Below are positions 20,037-26,028 of a stretch of DNA of 26,028 bases, one piece after another (position 1 is the first letter of the stretch; every line of letters starts with the position of its first letter). Origin of the DNA: Perkinsela sp. CCAP 1560/9 (lineage: Eukaryota; Protista; Euglenozoa: Kinetoplastea); contig CBFFSA010000076.1 in the NCBI GenBank assembly GCA_965644495.1, forward strand, positions 1 through 26,028, given 5' to 3'. The translations under genes were made by a program, and so were the position numbers. The notes beneath the pieces were generated by a model. That model was given only the letters and a program-made list of their open reading frames with translations, was not told the DNA's origin and did no database searches.

Positions 20037-22382
20037 ATGGACCGTCAAGATCCTTCTCTATTCCTCTTTTTATTGTGTCTTCTGGTGGCAATAATACACT
20101 CACCAACAACCAATGCACAACGCCCCCATGAAGGGGTGCACATCACATTTGTTGTTGAGGATCGTGTGAGTGCCAATCTTTTTCGCCATCAAGAAGCTTT
20201 CCAAGAGGCCAGCGGTGCCACTGTGGATATTATCGAATTTCCTTTTGATGACCTCTTTGGCCAAATCATGGGCGATCTGCGTGATGGCAGCCCACTCTAT
20301 GATGGATTTGTGTTCCCACCAAACCAAATGGTGGACTTTATCAAATGCCCCAATTGTTCGTTGGAGGTGCTCACCGAGCGTGTCCGCAACAACGAGGAAC
20401 TGGCTTGGCATGATATCTCTCCGTATTTTCGTTCACATAACTCAGTATTTGATGGTCAAGTGTACACAGTGACATTGGATGGCGATGTTCACTACCTCTA
20501 CTACAATCTTGACGTCCTGGAGAAACTTGGGCGATCTGTTCCAACCACCTGGGAAGAGTATGAAGAGATCTCTGCTCTTGCCCATGGTCATGACTGGAAT
20601 GGAGATGGAGAGCCTGATTATGGGAGTTGTATTGCGCGTGCGCCTAAGTTCCAATCTCAGTTTTTCCTTTTCCAAGTAGCATCCAGCTTCTTACAATCGA
20701 AGGGTAGTTCACAAGGAATCTATTTTGATGTTGATACCATGGATCCATTGGTCGATTCAGAAGGTTTTCGTGAAGGACTCGCCATGTACATGCGTTTACG
20801 TGAGCATGGACCACCTGTAGAGACTAACGTTGTTGATATCTACCACCTGATGGTAGAGGGTCGATGTGCATTCGCTCCTACATGGGCTGATATTGGTCCT
20901 CTCTCACGAGATTCGCGTGGCCTTCCCACTTCCACCTGGGACAAGATTGGAGCAGCAATTGGTCCAGGTGTACATCGTGTGTGGGATTACCAACAAAACA
21001 AGTGGCATGTTTGTTCAGAAGAACCCTCTGAGTGTCCATTTGCTGGTGATGATTATGTGAATCATGCTCCATTTGCTGCGAATGGTGGATGGAGTGGTGC
21101 AATCCCAGAAAACATACCAGATGATCGGAAGAATGCTGCATTTGCCTTCCTCACCTTCTTGGGTGCCAACTCAGATGTGGATGTAATGGCTGGCCCAGGG
21201 TTCGATCCATACCGTACTTCACATCTTGACCTCGACCTCTGGCTTGCCAATGGTTTCAATGAGCGTGCAGCTGAGGCCCAAATTGCTGGATTAAGTGAAA
21301 CATTGCGCTCCAGTAACTTGGTGGTGGATTTGCGGATCCAAGGTGCCAATGATTATGTGAATGTGGTGTTGGATGGTGAGTTGTTCCGACTCAACAAAGA
21401 CGAGATCACACAAGATGAGTTTGTCTCTCGAATTTACTCAGCTTGGCAGGGAATTACTGACGAACTTGGGCGCCGTGAGCTTCTTCAACAATACCGTGCC
21501 ACCATAGGGTTACCACCCAAGGGTTTTGCAGAGGAGGTTGAAGTGACTGAGGCAGGTCGCATTGCATTGGCTGTTGTTTCAGGACTCTTTGCTCTCTGTT
21601 GTATTTGCCTCTGGATTTTTGTTTTTGTGCACCAAGACCTCAAGGTGTGGCGCTTTGCCTCTCCACTCTTCTTGTTTGGCTCTTTAATTGGAGCTATCCT
21701 TGCATATGTTGGTATCATCCTGATGTCAGCTGATGCTAGCACTGGGACTTGCACATCTGCATTGTGGTTGTATGTGGTGGGTATGAGTCTCATTTTGGGT
21801 AATATTTTTGCCAAGACCTATCGTACGTGGCGCCTTGACCAGAATCATTTCTTCCTTATCAGGATAAGTGACCTCCACATTTTGCCTATTAGTCTTGTGG
21901 TGATGTCTCTGGCTATTGTCATCCTCATTGTGTGGACTGTAATGGATGCTCCTACTGTGCACAGGAGCACTAAGGGAGTAGGTGACCTTGAGTATGTGAT
22001 GATTTGTGACTCAACTGATCATGGTCTTGAATTCTTTGTGACAACAGTTGCCTACTTTGGTTTTCTCATTCTTGTTGCCCTCTTCCTCTCGTTCAACACT
22101 CGTAATGTTGGTGCTGCTGTCAATGAATCGAAAGTGCTTACTTTATGTGTGTACAACCTGACACAAGTACTCATCATTGTTATTGTATGTGCATTGGCTC
22201 TTGACTCCCCAGATGCTCGGTACGTCCTGGTTGTCATCTGTTTGATATTTGGAGTCACAGTGACCATTGGATTGTTGTTCATTCCCAAGGTTTGGATCAC
22301 AATCCAGGGAAAAGGAGATGAAGTGTCTGTGGTTCGTACAATCGATTTTATGCCTACTACGGATGCTGATCTTGACCAATAA
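20037..22382 (+). CDS. Solute-binding-domain / class C GPCR fusion, copy 3 (781 aa)
   Basis: ATG 20037 (MDRQDPSLFLFLLCLLVAIIHSP...), intact ORF to TAA, same domains as copy 2. Confidence 0.92.
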   Translation: MDRQDPSLFLFLLCLLVAIIHSPTTNAQRPHEGVHITFVVEDRVSANLFRHQEAFQEASGATVDIIEFPFDDLFGQIMGDLRDGSPLYDGFVFPPNQMVDFIKCPNCSLEVLTERVRNNEELAWHDISPYFRSHNSVFDGQVYTVTLDGDVHYLYYNLDVLEKLGRSVPTTWEEYEEISALAHGHDWNGDGEPDYGSCIARAPKFQSQFFLFQVASSFLQSKGSSQGIYFDVDTMDPLVDSEGFREGLAMYMRLREHGPPVETNVVDIYHLMVEGRCAFAPTWADIGPLSRDSRGLPTSTWDKIGAAIGPGVHRVWDYQQNKWHVCSEEPSECPFAGDDYVNHAPFAANGGWSGAIPENIPDDRKNAAFAFLTFLGANSDVDVMAGPGFDPYRTSHLDLDLWLANGFNERAAEAQIAGLSETLRSSNLVVDLRIQGANDYVNVVLDGELFRLNKDEITQDEFVSRIYSAWQGITDELGRRELLQQYRATIGLPPKGFAEEVEVTEAGRIALAVVSGLFALCCICLWIFVFVHQDLKVWRFASPLFLFGSLIGAILAYVGIILMSADASTGTCTSALWLYVVGMSLILGNIFAKTYRTWRLDQNHFFLIRISDLHILPISLVVMSLAIVILIVWTVMDAPTVHRSTKGVGDLEYVMICDSTDHGLEFFVTTVAYFGFLILVALFLSFNTRNVGAAVNESKVLTLCVYNLTQVLIIVIVCALALDSPDARYVLVVICLIFGVTVTIGLLFIPKVWITIQGKGDEVSVVRTIDFMPTTDADLDQ

Positions 22383-22683
22383 GAAATCTATTCTTATTAT
22401 TATTATTTTGAATCAGTGTGATGATGATTTCCATACAAAAATTATAATTTAAACTCTTTTCAATTCCATTCAAATAAAAATAAAGAATTTTAATTTAAAC
22501 TCTCTCTTTTTCAATTTTTTTATTTGAATATTTCTTGTCTTTGTTTTCCAAGATCAGATCAACACTGAAGTCACAATATTTTCTCCATTATTGTACTCCA
22601 TTCAAACAATAATGTGAAGGTATGTTTGGATCAATGTGCTGATGGAGACTGTTTCTTGTCAAATAATCAACCAGAACTGAAAT
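22383..22683 (+). repeat. Conserved 3' flank of the GPCR unit (copy 3)
   Basis: Matches the flanks of copies 1 and 2 up to aactgaaat. Confidence 0.9.
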
Positions 22684-23049
22684 CTCCAATATTTTCTTTT
22701 CCTTTACTTTTCCCACAATGATTGGAGGTTCCCAAAAAAAATTCTTTACCAAAAAAAAAGAGAAACTTTCTTTTCTTTCATTAAAAAACTTTAAAAAAAC
22801 ATACTTTTTCTACGTTGGCTGAATGAGACTGGGGATGATTGGGTTGGGTGCTCTTCTGATCACTCAGCTGCAGTGGATTGTCAATGATAACTTCATCAGA
22901 CTGATTCTGGACTGATTCTGATTGGCAGTGAATTGGGGTTGAGGAATTCTTACCTGATGAAATTGGACTCCAGGTTTTGGGTTTCCCTGTGACTTCGCCT
23001 GGCTCGTTCAGCATTCATTTTTCAAGACCTCTGCCAAGCTTGTGCTTTC

Positions 23050-23313
23050 TGTCAGTCAAGGCTCTATCAAGCACTGATACAAACAGATATGAGACTACAG
23101 AGAGAATTGGTCTTAAAGAACAAGTTTATTAACCTGACAGAGTTAGGTTGCGATAACGTTCGCAAGGAGCGTGACTCATGGCCAATCACCAGGTGCCACA
23201 TCACTGGGACATCCACGGAGCTTGACCAATCAATATGAGCCACATCAGATCGATCCACGGACAGCAAACCAATCAAATGATGACACGCAAGTGGGACACT
23301 TCTGGTGTCTACA
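23050..23313 (-). repeat. 3' LTR (~260 bp)
   Basis: Begins TGTAGACACC on the - strand immediately after the polypurine tract. Three CCAATCA boxes (+ strand), AATAAA (- strand, ~23125-23130). Ends ...CTGACA at 23050, or at 23054 if the duplication is perfect. Confidence 0.8.
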
Positions 23314-23322
23314 CCCCCCTTC
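23314..23322 (-). other. Polypurine tract
   Basis: GAAGGGGGG directly abutting the TG of the 3' LTR. Confidence 0.85.
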
Positions 23323-23407
23323 AGTGTTTTTAGCAGATAAAACACTTGAAGATAAAAACACGCCCAAACCGAAAAACACAACAACCTCTCTCCAAAAATA
23401 AAATAAT

Positions 23408-25080
23408 TTAACCATCCCTTATTCGAACCGACGGGCGCAGAGTTCGACCCGTTCTCGACGTCGGCAATTCCCCAGGTTTAGGTTGAGATTTCTTAGATGA
23501 ATCTTTCTCAGGTACTGACTTAGCAACATTCTCTTTTGCCTTCCGCTTCAACGGTTGTTTCTCTTTCCCTTTTTGCTTTGGCGGTTGTTTCTCTTTCCAA
23601 TAATCTTGAATTATATGGTGAGCGTCGAAGTCAGATGCTTTTACCCACGATTCTTCTTCTTCTCCTTTCCATTTAACCAAATATTCCCGATTTGATGTAT
23701 CGCCTCGATGGTCCAGGATTTTCTTTACAACTTCAGCCTCTTCTTTGCCCGTAATTTCCGCATGAGTGGCCAACTTCAAACGATTTCGGGGGACTTCTCC
23801 ATCCAGAAGTGCTCCTCTGTTGTCAATTAAGTAATAGCCCTTCTTTTCTTTATCGAATCCGACAACTTTGTAAGGACCTTCCCAACTTGTTGTTCCTTCT
23901 TGGAATTCCGTTTATCAACTTCTTTCATTACTAGCGCACCCACAGGAAGAATTTTCTCTTTCTTTCCGCGATTCTTGAAATTAGAATACTTCTCCCCCGA
24001 CGCCACAGATAGTTTAAAAATAGCAGGATAAATAGCTTCTACCATCTTCCGATTTCGCTGCAGTAACTCGTCCTCTTTTGGAACTTCACCCACAGTCTTT
24101 GTATAATCTTGAAATTCATTCAACTTCCGAGCAAACATAAGAGCAAATGGTGATGATTTGTGACGGCCGACAATTCGGTCATTCAGAGACATTTGGATCA
24201 CAGGAAGCATCTTTTCCCAATTCGCAAATTCGCCTTGAAGGAATTTGTTCGTGACCATCTTTACCTCACCCACAAATCTTTCAGCTACGCCATTCTTTGA
24301 AGGAGAATACTTCGAAATTGCTCTCGGAAGAAATTCAGCAGCTTCACGAAAATCAGAAATCAACCCGCTCATAAAGGATGGGTCTTGGTCATATTGGATC
24401 ATCTTTGTAACTCCAAAGTTAGCGAAGACATTTAATAAAACCCAAGCCACCTCTTTTGACGATTTAGTCCTCAGAGGTCTCAAAATGATGAACTGAGTCG
24501 CTACATCCACAATAATCAGCACGTACTTATAACCTTCAGCTGTCTCTGAGAGTAAGCCGATAAAATCAAAAGCAATGTGATCAAAAGGTAAGAGTGCCAG
24601 AACTGCAGAAATTGGGTGAAATCCACTCCTTCCCACATTGTATAAAAGACACTCTCGACAACCTCGAGCGATCTTCACGCACAATTTTTTCATACCTCTC
24701 CAGTAATGACCTCTTCGAAAGGCAAGGATGCATAACCCTATTGGACCGATATGACTTTCCGTGTGGATCTTCTTGATGACTTCTTCTTTCTGATCATCCG
24801 GAGGTTCAGATTTCCCCGTTAGTTCGACAATCATCCCTTGGACTTGATTCCAAAGACCTTCTTGAATTGCATCATCAATCTCTAAGTCTGAAAGTCCTCC
24901 AACCATACTTCCATCTTCAGGTAGCGTGATCAACCGAGAAAGCACGTCCGGAAGAACATGCTCAATTCCCTTCTTATATTCGACCGTAAAATCGTACCCG
25001 AGAAAATAGTGGAACCAATCTCTTACCATATAACTTTCGCTCTTGTTCAAGTAAGTTAGCGCTTGGTGGTCTGTTTCCAC
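23408..25080 (-). pseudogene. pol: pol fragment: RNase H C-terminus, integrase, GPY module, chromodomain
   Basis: ETDHQAL..PDVLSR; H..SHIG..CREC; IAFDF, QYDQD, NGVAER. A frameshift at ~23885 restores WEGPYKVV and joins to the chromodomain ORF (KILDHR..EYLVKWKG..SWV). Confidence 0.9.
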
Positions 25081-25107
25081 GCAAGTGGGACACTTATGGT
25101 GTCTACA
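25078..25107 (-). repeat. 5' LTR remnant (first 30 bp)
   Basis: 29/30 identical to 23284-23313. Confidence 0.88.
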
Positions 25108-25199
25108 CTGTCCCCATACCGCGACTTCTTCTTTCTTTGTGGAATTTTCGCCTCAGACATTTTCTTTTTTAGTCTTTCTTTTAAGAGAAGAACAAATTT

Positions 25200-25454
25200 C
25201 AAGACCAAAAAATACAATTCCCAACTCAACCTCAAACACCAAAAAAAAAAACAAAAAACAAACAAAAAACTTTTTTTCGGAGAAAACACATATCGATAAA
25301 ATTTGGAGAATAATCCTATTTGGGGTGCCGAGGGATCAACTACCCTAATTTAGTTTTTTGCCAAACACAAAAACGTGACTCCAAAGTTTGGAAAGATTTA
25401 TTCTCTTTATTCTCTTTTTCGTGGTAACCGCAGTTGATTGATCTCTTTTCTCAT
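25200..25454 (+). promoter_or_regulatory. Upstream region shared with copy 3 (putative promoter/5' UTR)
   Basis: Homologous to 19716-20036. Confidence 0.6.
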
Positions 25455-26028
25455 ATGGACCGTCAAGATCCTTCTCTATTCCTCTTTTTATTGTGTCTTC
25501 TGGTGGCAATAATACACTCACCAACAACCAATGCACAACGCCCCCATGAAGGGGTGCACATCAACTTTGTTGTTGAGGATCGTGTGAGTGCCAATCTTTT
25601 TCGCCATCAAGAAGCTTTCCAAGACGCCAGCGGTGCCACCGTGGATATTATCGAATTTCCTTTTGATGACCTCTTTGGCCAAATCATGGGCGATCTGCGT
25701 GATGGCAGCCCACTCTATGATGGATTTGTGTTCCCACCAAACCAAATGGTGGACTTTATCAAATGCCCCAATTGTTCGTTGGAGGTGCTCACCGAGCGTG
25801 TCCGCAACAATGAGGAACTGGCTTGGCATGATATCTCTCCGTATTTTCGTTCACATAACTCAGTATTTGATGGTCAAGTGTACACAGTGACATTGGATGG
25901 TGATGTTCACTACCTCTACTACAATCTCGACGTCCTGGAGGAACTTGGGCGATCTGTTCCAACCACCTGGGAAGAGTATGAAGAGATCTCTGCTCTTGCC
26001 CATGGTCGTGACTGGAATGGAGATGGAG
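25455..26028 (+). CDS. Solute-binding-domain / class C GPCR fusion, copy 4 (runs off window end)
   Basis: ATG 25455; near-identical to the start of copy 3 and open to the window end. Missing from the ORF track because no stop is reached. Confidence 0.88.
   Translation, partial: MDRQDPSLFLFLLCLLVAIIHSPTTNAQRPHEGVHINFVVEDRVSANLFRHQEAFQDASGATVDIIEFPFDDLFGQIMGDLRDGSPLYDGFVFPPNQMVDFIKCPNCSLEVLTERVRNNEELAWHDISPYFRSHNSVFDGQVYTVTLDGDVHYLYYNLDVLEELGRSVPTTWEEYEEISALAHGRDWNGDG

Larger units (their letters stand above)
23050..25107 (-). mobile_element. Internally deleted Ty3/Gypsy chromodomain retrotransposon 2
   Basis: 5' LTR stub, RH/IN/chromo fragment, polypurine tract and 3' LTR. Flanked by ctgtc (25108-25112) and either ctgtc (23049-23053) or ctttc (23045-23049) as a 5-bp target-site duplication. 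Confidence 0.9.

Noticed and set aside
1-26028. Reassigned TGA genetic code
   Set aside because: The intact receptor ORFs use TGG for Trp and contain no internal TGA; TGA interruptions occur only in elements that also carry frameshifts.

Overview
Eukaryotic, protist-like genomic DNA (inferred from GT-AG introns and AT-rich intergenic runs). The backbone is a tandem array of four near-identical, intronless + strand genes: <2-1864, 11958-14300, 20037-22382 and 25455->26028. Each encodes a signal peptide, a bacterial ABC-type sugar-binding-like solute-binding domain and a class C GPCR 7TM domain. Each spacer holds a different transposable element whose transposase or pol gene is on the - strand. 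Spacer 1 holds a ~8 kb DNA transposon that the ORF track fragments. I reconstruct a 14-exon - strand gene encoding a DDE transposase (RAG1/Transib-CMC-like motifs), a long Ser/Pro linker and a C-terminal Ulp1/C48 SUMO-type protease. It lies tail-to-tail with an intronless TET/JBP-like 2OG-Fe(II) dioxygenase. Spacers 2 and 3 hold two different degenerate chromodomain-bearing Ty3/Gypsy elements; the second has a recognisable 3' LTR, polypurine tract, 5' LTR stub and target-site duplication. Paralog differences and element lesions are skewed to CpG transitions, suggesting 5mC in this locus. All calls are from manual motif reading; no database searches were run.
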